This document shows positions 28,011 to 40,801 of a DNA stretch of 64,000 nt, in pieces. The notes under the pieces are model-generated. The model was not told the origin of the DNA and searched no databases. It saw only the letters and a list, made by a program, of their open reading frames with translations. The position numbers were made by a program, and so were the translations under genes. The stretch's first letter is position 1, and each line of letters opens with the position of its first letter. Location of the stretch: NCBI GenBank assembly GCA_973895155.1, contig OZ316897.1:10253832-10317831 (forward strand). Direction: 5' to 3'. This DNA is from Marsupella aquatica. Lineage: Eukaryota; Plantae; Marchantiophyta.

Positions 28011-28702
28011 TCAGGGGAGGAGATAGCCTTGACCTCTAACCTTTGAAGATACTAAGGACCTGGATCTTCCCTTACCACGTTCTTGAGATCTGTTACATAG
28101 GCCTCTAGTTTTCCCTTGGGAACGCCCAGAGACTTTGTGGAAGTGACATAGGAACTCCGGGCGGGGATCATGGCACTTCTACTAGAACCTTAGGTACGCT
28201 TTCGCTAGGAGCTCAAACTGGACTGGAGATGGGAAGCATAGATCGGGGGGGGGGGGTTCTTAGGTACTTGTCCCTGATACACCGCTTTACCGAGTTGAAG
28301 GAGTCCTTATATAGTTAAGGGCAGCGCTGATTGCATTGATCGAATAATAGAACCGGGTAACAACAACGTTTTGCATTATCTAATGGACACTTGTAAAGGA
28401 GAAAAGATTTGTGAATTAGACCGCGTAGATTTTTGTATTGATTCCGACTACGATTCGAAGGTCTGGGGACTGTCCGACAAGAGAAGGTGAAATGCACATC
28501 ATCGCCAAAGAATTCTCTTTATTTGCTTTATGGACTCCGTCGATGCTGGCTCAAGTTGGCGTTATAGAACGAAAAAAAAAATATATATCTATTTTTTTCA
28601 ACCTAAGGCCCCGATGGGTCAATCCTGCCCATGATGTATGACGTCAATCATGAAGAACACAAAGTTTCCATGATCCGCGAAAAGGAAAAAGGCACGAAAT
28701 TT

Positions 28703-31700
28703 ATGGCAAGACGACTCTCGATTCTTAAACAACCTATATTTTCTACACTCAACAATCATTTGATAGATTATCCAACTCCGAGCAATATAAGTTATTGGTG
28801 GGGTTTTGGTTCGTTGGCTGGTCTTTGTTTGGTTATCCAAATACTTACAGGTGTTTTCTTAGCTATGCATTATACACCTCATGTGGATTTAGCTTTCTCA
28901 AGCGTAGAACACATCATGAGAGATGTGAAAGGAGGCTGGTTGCTTCGTTATATGCATGCTAATGGAGCCAGTATGTTTTTTATCGTCGTTTATCTCCATT
29001 TTTTTCGTGGTTTATATTACGGAAGTTATGCGAGTCCTAGAGAATTAGTTTGGTGCCTTGGAGTGGTAATTTTAGTGCGCCTAGGAAGTCTCGTTCGAAG
29101 ATGCGAAGGTTGAAAGCGATCGCCCGGATAAGACTCCTAACCCGAGGCGGGACCAGACCGCAGGGAACTAAAGCATGGGGCCTATCCGTTGTTTCGCCGC
29201 ATGGCAAAAAAAATATTTTATTTTCGTACGCAACAGGGTCAAGCCACAGCCCCCCCTCCCAACCACGGGGGTCCGGAAGGCGAGAGGGTCCATGAAATAT
29301 TCTCGCGCGAACAACCCTCCGGAGGTAACTGTAACTAACAGGAAAAGTCGTACATGGTCCTAAACGGCGAGCAAACGAACAAACGTGAAACCTAGGGATC
29401 ACCCAAAAAGACTCTATAAGGACCCTGCTTAGAGAGAAGCAGGAACCAAGTCCAAGAGCACAAAGCTTTGGCCAAGAATGTATGGGTGACAGATCAGCCA
29501 TAAATGTACTCCGAGAGAGACACCGGGCAATTAATGTCGAACATACGACGAAGCCCCGACGAGTGAAATAATGCTCGGGGGAAAGGGCTGTAGATGATAA
29601 AATGCTATGCCGGAAACACACGGAAAGGCTCTCTGATAGTAACTGACCACCCCCCTTCCTCCATGTAGTGAGGGGTGAGCGCCCGCCGCGCCTGGAGAGC
29701 ACGGCGGAATCGGATAAAGCGAAGTAGGAGTAGAGGCTGGCTTACTGGGAATTTCGGTCGAGTTTCGTGTGAGACAAACTAATAGCAAACCTCGAGGTTG
29801 GCTGCGTTTGAGCGTAGGAATTGGCGATGGACTCCAGAAACTGAAAGGGCAATAAACAAAGGTACCTTATGAGGTAGGGAAAGGAAAAAATATGTCTTGT
29901 AATTCTTCCTTCCCTACAACAGCTACAATCCCAACCTGGATGGCGTATAGCAGGTTACGTCCTGTCTGAAAAGGACGACTTACAGGAGACGTGCCACTGA
30001 AATCTGGGTTCCGAGGCGTATGTCCCGGACATGCTTAGTAACTCCAGAATCCGAGGGAACGGCCCCCTTGCCATCTGGGCCGGCCTACCCGGACAGGACC
30101 TGGAGGGGCCTAAAGCCCCAATGTAGCAGACATGATGCTCCATCCTAGATGCTTACGGGCGGCCGGCGGGTTCCAAAAAATCCAATCCGTACACCACGCT
30201 GGATGGCTATTTTGGAGCCGTTAAACAAAGCTTACTACGTCAAAAAGTCCAACCCTGTCAGACAGTCCCGGCGGGGGTCCTGAATGGGGGATGAATGTAA
30301 TAGCTGGTAAGCCGTTAAGCGGCCTTAATTTGGACTTAATTAATAAATATACCCCGAATCAGGATTTAAAATTACGGCGGAATGCCCCGCCGGATGGGAG
30401 ATATTGCTTATACGGGCCGCGAAGGCCGGTAAAACCTGAATAAGTTATCATGGACAAGCCACATGCGGGAAAACTTGCACGTGTGGTTCTGACCGGGGGG
30501 GGAAGAACCCTATCGGTATTTATTAATGATTATAACAGCTTTTATAGGATACGTACTACCTTGGGGTCAAATGAGCTTTTGGGGGGCCACGGTAATTACA
30601 AGCTTAGCTAGCGCAATACCTGTCGTGGGGGACACTATAGTAACTTGGCTTTGGGGTGGCTTCTCCGTAGACAATGCGACCTTAAATCGTTTTTTTAGCC
30701 TCCATTACTTACTTCCTTTTGTAATAGCAGGTGCTAGTATTCTTCATCTGGCTGCATTGCATCAATATGGTTCCAACAATCCATTGGGTATCAATTCCTC
30801 CGTAGATAAAATAGCTTTTTATCCCTATATTTACGTAAAAGATTTAGTAGGTTGGGTAGCTTTTGCAATCTTTTTTTCTATTTTTGTTTTTTATGCACCT
30901 AATGTATTGGGGCATCCCGACAACTATATAGGGCGACCGGTCTAGATCCCGCACGATAAAAAGCACAAGTCCATTTCTGTGCAAAGGCGTTGCACTCATC
31001 CTTGTTCGGCAACGAACACGGAGACCTTAGCATGTGCAAGAAGCTCTGTTGAGGGGGTTTCATTTACCTCCTACCCCGCCGGCCGGGGGGGGTAACCCAA
31101 AAGTATGGAGCAAGCCGGTTCTCTTGTATTTAAGATGAGGTTCTGTACCGGCGAATCGGAGACTCTTTCGGTCCTTGTCAACCAGCAATTAACCATTGGC
31201 ACCTGAGCTCTGCAAATGGTGAAGCGCATGAACGTACGTTGCTCGCTCCATGCCTATTGATGGTATATATCAACCAGGTCACAAATGGTTTGGCCTCTAC
31301 TTACTCTCTCGTGTGGAAGGATAGAGTTCAAGATGGAGCGGATTACCTATACTACTAGGGACAGGAGTCTAAACGACATCTTAAGCACAGGGCGTTCGAA
31401 AGCGAAGGTTTTCGGGCGAGCCGTGTGGGAAACAACGGTGAGGTCCTAGGGGTCGCTTTTATCCCTAGGAAGTCAGAGGGCCCGTATTACCCGCCTACCC
31501 GAAAGGGACCTAGCAATAGGAAAGCGCTTGATAACAAGCAGCGGGGAAGGAGCCTATATACTTACTGGATGGTTACCGTTTGGCAAGTTTCACTTTGACG
31601 CAGTCTATCAATCAGGCCATCTTCCAAGGACCGTGTAATAGGCGCTCGAAAGAGAAGGAATATGCGTTGAATAGACCTTCCGGGTTTGAAGAAGCTCCGA

Positions 31701-34700
31701 AGAAAGTCAGGTTAGAGAGCCGTGTGATGGGCGACTATCTTGTACGGTTCGGAGAGCACTTAAGTAGCCTGGATCGGTTAACGGGGGTAAACCTGGGGCC
31801 ATATAGGGTGGACTCTTGACTCTATCCCGCAAATCCCATGTCAACCCCGGCTCATATAGTGCCGGAGCGCGGTTCGGACCCAGCAATATCCGCTACCGAC
31901 GGAAATCGGTGCCTTGAGGGCGTTAAGGCTAATCCCTACCGAAACTGGGGAGTGAGTGACCTCCTTCCCAGGGCAAGCTCTTTGGATGGGAAAATGCTCT
32001 TTGTGGTTCCTGATACAAACCCAAGCCGCCTTCTTACTATAAGGGGCTGCCGCCTTCGCCCGGGCGGGCCGGCGGTCACGTCGTTTTGCCGGACTCACGC
32101 GAGTACTCCTAATTCCGGGGGAGGAAAGGGCCCCTCTGAGGAAGGACCAAACGAGACGGCGTCGCCAAGTTCGCAGACTGGTAAATGCTTAGGGAGGACC
32201 ACACCGAGTGCTTCAGATTGGTTGGGACCGAAACAAGATTGGCCGGGGGGAACCCCGGAACTGATAAGCGAAGCCTTGAATAAAGCCTTAGGCCTTTATG
32301 AGGTACGGGCCCAAGATGAGGCGAACCCGATCCATGGACAGATGGGTGGATCGATTAAGAATTCGAATCTTGACGTTCCTCTTAACCCCTTGGAGTTTTC
32401 ACATCTGGCCCAACTTGTAGAGAAACAATTCATCGATGGCAAATATCGCCATCTGGTAAGGGAGATTATATCTAAACCGGAAGTGCTACTTACGGCCTAT
32501 AACAACATCAAATCCAACCCGGGGAATATGACCGTAAGTCCAGGGAGCAACACGCTCTTCTTTCGTCGAGCGGCTTCGCCCGGCGGCATAAGCCCGAAAT
32601 GGTTTCATGAAACGGGCCGGAAACTTAGGGAGGGTACATACGAGTTTGAGCCAATTTTGAGGTCCGAACGACCGAAACCGAATGGAGCTGAAAAGTTCCC
32701 CCCAACGATAGCGAACCCGAGAGACAAGATAATACAGGAGGCTTTCCGGATGGTACTGGAAATTATCTACGAACCAAGGTTCCAAGATATATCCCATGGC
32801 TTCCGAAGGAACAAGGGTACTCACTCAGCCCTGAGGGAGATCAAAATGCGGTGGAAGAACCCATCGTGGTGGCTTGAATTCGATATTCGGAAATGCTTCG
32901 ACACTATCAACAAGAAAATACTAGTGTCAATATTAAGCGAAACCATTCAAGATAGTAGACTCGAAAGTACCTTGAACCAGATGTGGAACGCGAAGATTAT
33001 GGATGTCGAATTGGGAGACCCGACGGGGGGGGTTCCCCGGGGGAGCGTTATATCTCCTATCCTGACCAATTTATACCTCGACAGACTTGACAGGGAGATC
33101 CTAAGGATCCGAAAGGAACTCGAAAAGGGCTACCCGAGGCATCGTCGAGCCAATCCCGTATATGAGCGACTGCTGCACATCCCGAAAAACTCGGTAAGGA
33201 AGATGAGACCAGCAGCCGCCTCGCTTCGAGAGAGGGGGGGACGGCTTAAAATTGTCGGAAGGAAGGGTATACCCTTTGCGGCGGATCCCAAGGACCCTAA
33301 ATTCGTGCGAGTCTACGCGTGCCGATACGCCGACAAAATTCTGATGGCAGTTTCGGGGTCGAAAGCTTTGGCCCGCGAAGTCATGGAACGAGTCTCCCGG
33401 TTCCTCGAAGACGTTCTCCACCTGGAGATAAACCCAGAGAAAACCCGTCTGAGACACGTAGTGGAAGAGAAGGCAACCTTCTTGGGTATGAGTCTCTTGG
33501 GTCCGAAACCGAGTCAATTGCACGTGAGGTCAGACAAAGCGACTCGGGCCGGAAAGAAATATCGGGGCCGCGTCCGAAAGGCCGCGTCGGAGCTTTCGAA
33601 TGGATGGGAGAAGGGGCTTAAGAAGCTCGGAGAGAAGTTACTAGTGTGCGCCCTCAAGAAGGCCTCAAAGGAGGCTGGTAGAAACCTTACACTTATTAAG
33701 CCCGACCAAGAAGTGCGGAAAATGCTAGAACAAATTTGTCGAGAAATTGTGAGTGAGGTACAAAGGCCATCGGGGATTCGTCGGGACGCCATGTTACGGT
33801 GGGCACCTGAATTGGGTGAAGGGGACATCTTCACAAATATTATTGAGCGGGATGGACAGGGAGTGGTGAGAGAATTCGACGAATTCGTCGTATCGGTGCA
33901 CGAGCTCTTATACCCGGAGTCCGAGGTTGAGCGGAAAGAAACGGGTCCAGGCCCTGAAAGGAACGCAGAGGATGTCCCCACGAACCAACGCCAGGCGTTC
34001 CGAATACAGATATACGCACCGCTTTCGCGGATACTAGACAAGTTAAGGGCCAGAGGAATAATTAACGCTAAGGGAAGACCAACCTCCGTACCTGTCCTCG
34101 CGACCCAAGACGATGTCACTATCACGCAATGGTACGGAAGTGTGGCGCACGGGTTCTTAAGTTATTACCGATGTTGTGATAACCTCTACAAGGTCAAAAA
34201 GGTGGTAGACTATCAGCTCAGATGGTCCTGCCTACATACTCTATCACACAAGATGAAAGCCAAGGGCGTGGGTAAAGTCATAGACAAATATACCCACGAG
34301 CTGCAGGTGGAAACGGCGAAGGGCCCAAGGTTGTATTTCCCTACACCTACTGAACTGAGGGTTATGGGGAAACAATTCTTGGTGAAGAGCATCAAAGACC
34401 CGGAGAGAATCCTTTGTCTGATGGTCTTACGCACCACTAGGCACCCGGCAGATAGATGCTCGGTTATAGGTTGCCTGGAAAGTAAGATCGAAATGCACCA
34501 TATCCGTGCGCTGAAACGCAGTGGAGCGGGCACCCTGTCGATAGTCAACTCTAGCAGCGACCGAATCAGTGGGCTAGAAGCTCTTCACGCGGCGCTTAAC
34601 CGGAAACAAATTTCCCTATGCAGGGAGCACCACAAGGCGATGCATGCGGGGGATATCAGTCTGCAGGATATAGATGTATCTGTGGTTCTGAACCCGAAAC

Positions 34701-35235
34701 CAAGAAGAGGGCAGGCCTGTGACTCTCGATGATTAGATTCTACAACGAAAAAGATTGGGGGTGGGAGCCGTATGAACGGTAACGTTCACGTACGGTTCTG
34801 TGAGAAGGGTTGGGAACGGAAATGGCCCCATTCCCTTACTCTCGATGGTATTTCTTACCAGTCTATGCGATTCCTCGAAGTATACCTAACAAATTAGGGG
34901 GTGTAGCCGCCATAGGACTAGTTTTTGTGTCATTATTGGCTCTACCTTTCATTAACACTTCATATGTACGTAGTTCAAGTTTTCGACCAATTCACCAAAA
35001 ATTGTTTCGGTTGCTTGTAGCAGATCGCTTGCTTTTAGGTTGGATTGGATGTCAACCCGTGGAAGCACCATATGTTACTATTGGACAAATTGCTTCAGTG
35101 GGTTTTTTCTTCTATTTTGCTATAACGCCCATTCTTGGCAAATGTGAAGCCAGATCAATCAAAAATTTTAATGCTTGCGAGGCGCGTAGCGTCCTAGCAA
35201 GCTTTCTCACTTCTATTGGCTTGCTTCGGTGGTGA
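28703..35235 (+). CDS. cob: Apocytochrome b; exons 28703-29074, 30520-30930, 31826-31866, 34845-35235 (1215 nt)
   Basis: [42 protein letters not shown] and [25 protein letters not shown] after splicing. Confidence 0.95.
29075..30519 (+). mobile_element. Group II intron cobi372g2
   Basis: GTGCG after nt 372. Domain V aagccacatgcgggaaaacttgcacgtgtggttc at ~30456-30489. Ends AT. Confidence 0.9.
30931..31825 (+). mobile_element. Group II intron cobi783g2
   Basis: GGGCG after nt 783. Domain V gagagccgtgtgatgggcgactatcttgtacggttcgg at ~31715-31752. Ends ctctat. Confidence 0.9.
31867..34732 (+). CDS. Intron-encoded maturase of cobi824g2 (RT-X-HNH endonuclease), in frame with cob exon 3
   Basis: [53 protein letters not shown]-terminal EMHHIR...[13 protein letters not shown]-type domain. 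Confidence 0.9.
31867..34844 (+). mobile_element. Group II intron cobi824g2 with maturase ORF
   Basis: Starts GCGCG after nt 824. Domain V gagccgtatgaacggtaacgttcacgtacggttc at ~34765-34798. Restoring GA|A TGG (PEWY) sets the 3' end. Confidence 0.85.
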
Positions 35236-36249
35236 AATCCAAAGCTACCACCAGCCCTCCGGGCCTTACGCAATTCTCCCTTTTTTGGACCAATAATAAT
35301 TAATATACCTTTCCCAAAGGTTATTAGTTGCACCAAGTATATCGCACTTCGATGGGAGCTACCGAGGGAGACGATGAGATCCCCATGAAAAACCTGATGA
35401 TGACAGCACTGGTAAACGTAGTACTAATGACATCAGTATTGGTGACAGCAGTACTACTGCTGAATCCGGGGGCAACGATAAAAAAAGGATGCCTCGCTCA
35501 TCTTCTGGCCTTCCTCTCTACGGGAAAACCGGCGGGGGCGATATGACCGGGAATAAAAGCATTACGGGACTTCGCCCGCCGTTCGTCGTCCCATCTGACT
35601 CCGGATCTGGAGCTGGTGATAAAAGGTTCAGGGCCTTTTGCGAACCGCCGTGTCTAATCCAAGCTTGGTTCCCGAGCATCGTTTGAACGTTTCCTTCCCC
35701 ATTAGATTGAGGAATAGCAATGATGTACTTCCGTAACGTCCCGGGTTTCTTAAATTATTGAAACTGTAGGGGTTCTATACGCTGTGTTATTCCGAAATTA
35801 CCACTTTTCCGTAGGACCGACCCCCCGACCCGGCGGGCGACTGTGAGTTCAGGAATTATCGCCCTCTGGGCCTCGTAGAGAGTGCCAAATGTAGGGTGGT
35901 AAATAAAATATTATGCCCGTTGTCCGGTGAGAAGAGTCTACACCAAGAATTTAACCTTCCAATTCTTATGACTCCTTTTTCGAGTCAAATTGTGTGCGGA
36001 TAAGGCGCTAATTGATCAACAGCGGACGCTTATTAATCAATTACCCGACCCCGAGCCGAGTTTTAGGCGGTTGAGAAGCTCGTCATATGACGCGCAGCGA
36101 AATGCCTGGTATAGGGGACTGGGGTAGCTAGCCTAACGAGCCAGTCCCCGGACTAATTCGGCGGTTAGGTAGTGCCCTCGCTTTGGTACGAAAGGTCCGA
36201 AGGCACGGTCCGAAGGATACTTTACTTCTTTTGAAAAATATATATATGA

Positions 36250-38360
36250 ATGAAAAACAAATATATAACTATCTACCGGTTTTGCGAAAAAAGAAAGATA
36301 CGATTTATGGATAACCAATTGTTTTTCAAATCTCTAATAGCTACTTCACCGAAAAGGACATATAAATGTCGAACGGTATCTAAAGCACCTGAAAACTGCG
36401 CGAAGATGCCCAAGAGCATCCAATTCCGAGCATTCGGTGGAACCGGTGAACCATTTGTACGTTTGGATTTACGAATGGGGCAGAGGGCCTTTAGCTATGA
36501 AAGGCAAAGGACAAGGGCCTTTCTAAGCTTCAGCTCTCCCCGCCCCGGTGGAAGAGGAGGTTCGGCTTGGACCGAGCGTCTTCGTGCCCTCTGGAAACAC
36601 TGTCAGAAAGAGCAGTTCAAGGCAGAAGGCCTGTTTCGGCTCATGAAAGACATAAATCTGTGGATAGCGGCCTATAAGAAGCTGTCACCAGGCTCTAAGA
36701 ACGGTGGTGAAAGACCGAAAGGCACCTTGATCAAAGCACTAGAAACACTGAGAGACTCTGTGATAAACGGGGGGAGCCCTACGGGCCGCCGCCAGAGTTG
36801 GCCCAAGGGGCACGAGACTCGAGGGACAAGGGGCAAAGCCCTGGGTCCGGAGGGTACGAAGGATACTTCTTTGGCTTTGCGAAGGAAGAGCCGAAGACCG
36901 GAAATGGATCGTATATTTCTGCACACTTCTTTGCCCCGTGTCCCGCCGCGGACCCACAAAGTGTCTCGTGCCCTTCGGGTCGTAGATCCTTCAGACGCTT
37001 CTTTAGCTTCACGGCGGGGGCTTACCCGGAAGGACAAAGATATACTGGTACAGGAAGTGATTCGCAGCATCCCAGAGACGGTTTACGAACCGTACTTCCT
37101 TCCGTGTTCTCATGGATTTCGACCGGGCCGCTCCCAACATACCTGCTTGAAGCAGATACGCCGTGACTTCGTGGGTACCGTTTGGTTCGTAGAAGGTGAA
37201 ACGCAATGCTTCAATAAAATAGATAAGCAAGTGCTTATAGGCCTCATGCGGCGAAAAATTCGAGACAACAGATTCTTGAACCTGGTTCAAAAGGAGCTAG
37301 AAACGAGCCTAAGGGCGGTAGGAGCCGAGGTCGCCATCACGGCCAAAGGGGGGGGGGGGTTGCCCCCCTTCTATGCAACATAGTGCTGCATGAGCTAGAC
37401 CTTTTTGTTATGCGATTGAAACGTATCGTTGACAGGGGGCAGCGTTGGGCAGTCAATCTGGAGTCCAAGGAATTGTGGCGTCAATCTGCGCTGGCTCTAA
37501 TCGACCGCACTCCGGTACACATAGCCAGGGTGACCTCCCGGGGGGGGACCGCCGAAGGCACCCCCCCCGGCCACCCGCAAGAAACCCGGCAAATAAACTA
37601 TGTGCGCTTCGCAGATGATTTTCTCATTGGAGTCATTGGTCCAAGAGCTCTGGCGGAAAGGATACGCAGCTTGGTTACACGATTTATTGAAGTGCGGCTC
37701 AAGCTCAGCCTGGATAAGACCCGTGAATCCATTCAATCTCGCTCGAACACGCTACCCGCGCACTACGTGCCTATGGGTCCGGAGGAGGCATGGCCGCCGA
37801 AGGCCGGAAATAACTTTACAATTTCCGCACACGCGGCTACGGGGAAAAGTAAGAAACAAATTTTTTGCATAAGGGGTGGAGCAAAGAAGATTGCTTTCCT
37901 TGGATACCTTATTAGTCGCGATTCGACCTACCTTAGACGGGGACGTAGGTACGGAATACGTAGATATGGTGGGCTTAGTTTACTCGTAGATATGCGGAAA
38001 GTTATAAACCGTCTGGCGGAGAAGGGATTTTGTGATAAATCGGGTCACCCAAAACCTAATTTTGCTTACTTTCAGTATCCCCAAACCTACTCGGTTGCCC
38101 GCATGGCTTCCATTCTACGCGGCCTTGCCAACTATTACCATCTTGCGAACTCCAAACGCCGATGTGTCACACGCTTGAGCTACATACTACGTACGTCATT
38201 GGCCAAAACATATGCCGCCAAATTCAAACTAGGCACAGCAGCTAAGGTTTTTGCCAAGGGCGGCAGGGACCTTTCAAAACCAATTAAGGCTAGGAAGGGC
38301 CTCAACAAGGTCCCCAGGGTGTCCAATCGGGGGGGGGGGGGGGGGCGGGGAGTGTACTAG
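36250..38360 (+). pseudogene. rtl: Free-standing group II RT/maturase-like gene (rtl), frameshifted at G12 (37348-37359) and cut at the junction
   Basis: DILVQEV, SHGFRPGRSQH, then APLLCNIVLHELD in the shifted frame, YVRFADDFLIG and X domain ILRGLANYY...YAAKFKL. Lies downstream of cob as in liverwort mtDNA. Confidence 0.8.
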
Positions 38361-38689
38361 ACAAAAGAGGGGGGAATGGAAACCATGCGTTGTACTGATA
38401 GCAACTATGAGAGGTCCCATCTGTACGTCAAAACCGGGTGCCTTAAGTAGAAGTAAGTAGAAGTAATTCCACGATCAAAGTATGCAAGGATAGATGGCAG
38501 ATCTGTAAAATCTCCAGAAAATATACATTGGATGGAGTCTTGAACTGAAAAAAATTAGCGAAAACTTCCTCGCCATTCCTGAGAAAGGCAACTACGATAC
38601 TAACCCCCTGTAGATAACCCCTCGGACTCTTCGTGTTCTCCAACGTTCACTGTTTTACGGATGATGATGAAAGTAGGGTAACATGAACA

Positions 38690-38830
38690 CGAGTAATATG
38701 AAGACGTAAGGAATGACACATTCACTAAATTTGCCAACGCTGCAAAGATTAACAAAATCGAGTAACATGAAGACCTTAGGAATGACATATATTCACTATA
38801 TTTTGCCAATGCTGCAAAGATTAAAAAAAA
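38690..38830. repeat. Two-copy ~70-bp tandem direct repeat
   Basis: cgagtaa.atgaagac.t.aggaatgaca...attcacta...tttgccaa.gctgcaaagattaa occurs twice. Confidence 0.75.
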
Positions 38831-39345
38831 TTAGACTTGAGTGACAGGACTGGAAGGGGTCATCACGCGCCCTCAACACAACAATTGAACGCGACATGGC
38901 GTTTTTGTCTTCCAACTGTCCTCGAAAGAATTGAGAATACCTAACCAAAACATACCACACATCAACTAGGGCCCGCCTTCATTACCTCGCAGTTGCAATT
39001 TATATTACAGCAGATTGAGCTCCTCAGCACGTTGCCGAGAGGCCTTGACACCATTCATCTCATTGTCTGTGGCTCTCTGTAGGAATGAATGAGCACAATG
39101 ACAACATATTAATTCCGCACCAGTGAGTCCAACATCAGGTGAAATACAAACGAGACATCCAACCAGCCATCAAGACTTACAGGGGCCAAGGTGTGAAAGA
39201 AAACCCACAAAAGAGAAAAGCAGCGTCCATGCGTAATTCACCAGAAGGAAGAGAAAACTCAACAAATACGTTGGATACATCGAAAAGAGGAGTTCTGCAA
39301 GACCAGCTGGGCAAAGTAAACAATCGGGCCATTGCAGGGAAGCGT

Positions 39346-40801
39346 TCACTGCACCTTGTACATAAAGTTGGCGACGGCCAAGTTTTGCTGTAACTCCGCC
39401 ATAACCGCTGCGCCATTCTTGGACGTTACGATAGGGTGCTTCTCCGGGTCTGTGTTGGCCTCCTCAGTCCCTCTCCTCTCCTCATCCTCTGCAGTGGTTC
39501 CTGTTGCCTGCTCATCCTTCCAGCCCAACTCTTTGGCTCGAGCTTCCCACAACGCAGCATTTTTCTTCTCTGCTGCGAGCAATTCCTCGGCTTTCTCTCG
39601 GGCTCCCTCGCTGGTCTCCATGCCAGAGTTACATTTCTCGAACTCTTTCTGAAACTGAGAGGCAATTTTCTTGGCTTCCAGCAACGCTCCGTCTGATTTG
39701 GCCTTGTCCTCTTCTGCCACTTGCTTTTGTACCTTCATCTCCTCTTGAAGCTTTTGATACCTAGTTTTCTGAAGCTCATCTTCCATGTCCCCATCCACCT
39801 TGGGGCATGCTGATCAACACACAACACACAACATGGTCAGGAGGACTGCTACACTTTACCTCTTCGACTTCACGGGTTTTTACAATGGGAGGCATCACAA
39901 GAGCACCAGAACTATATTTCAGCGGTGACCCCAACGGCAAGATGACACCGTAACTTCCATCCCCGAGTCACCATTTCCTCCTAATTCTCACATCCCAATT
40001 CCATCAAAAAAGGTGATCTCTCAGTACACATCCATACTGTGCAACTGCCGAACGAAAGGTAGACAATGTTGCTCAGGAAAGGAATCTGGAGCCTGGCGGT
40101 GGGCTAGAGAGTGTCTGCCTAAGTTCTTTGCGACAAGGATCAAGATTTATTCGTTCCCGATCTGCTGAGGATATCCGGAGACACACCTGGAAGAGTAATG
40201 TTGTGGAGGTCTGCATTTATATCAGTCCACGATCACACGCAAGAAAGTGTTATTAACTCTCACGGGCGAGCAAAGGATCCAGACCTAACTCACAGAAACT
40301 TCCACAAATCAACAGAAAAGGCATACTAGGAAAGCAGCTATCGCGAGATGATGCTGCTTCTATAGACGCCGCCCGAATTCCCATCCATCCTCCCTCTCTT
40401 CCCATGGACGAGTCGGACTAACCACACTGGTACACTTTTTTGCCAGTCCAGAGACCAGTGGTGGAATGGATCTCCCAATCAATCAATCAATCAATCCAGT
40501 ACACACACAAACCTCATGCAATGCTATGCAAATAAACTTCGGACAAACGAATTCTTTGGAACAGATCAGAGAAAACAAATAGACTGATCCGAATGTAAGG
40601 GAGTGTGGTTCGTTTACCAGAGATGGCAGCCTTCGTTGCAATATCGTCAGGGCACTCTGTGTTACAAGGAGGGCACGACCCGCCCGACCCATCGCCAACG
40701 AAATGCCAGTATAACGGAGGCCCAACAATGTACGCGCAAAACCCGAAGGACAGCACCAGGATAAGCAGCTTCACTCCTGAAATGCTCGTGTACTGAGCCA
40801 T
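39346..40801 (-). CDS. Nuclear DUF1068-family protein; exons 40801-40618 and 39809-39346 (215 aa)
   Basis: N-terminal TM then YIVGPPLYW..SCPPC.C. Also LLEAKKIASQFQKEFEKCNSGMETSEGAREKAE...WEARAKELGW. A phase-1 GT-AG intron (40617-39810) joins the exons in frame. Confidence 0.85.

Noticed and set aside
29037-29702. 221-aa minus-strand ORF, and similar ORFs inside introns
   Set aside because: Antisense to group II intron RNA with no RT or endonuclease motifs.
35994-36010. GTGCG as the 5' end of an intron hosting rtl
   Set aside because: No upstream exon is recognisable and a 5-mer is expected by chance.
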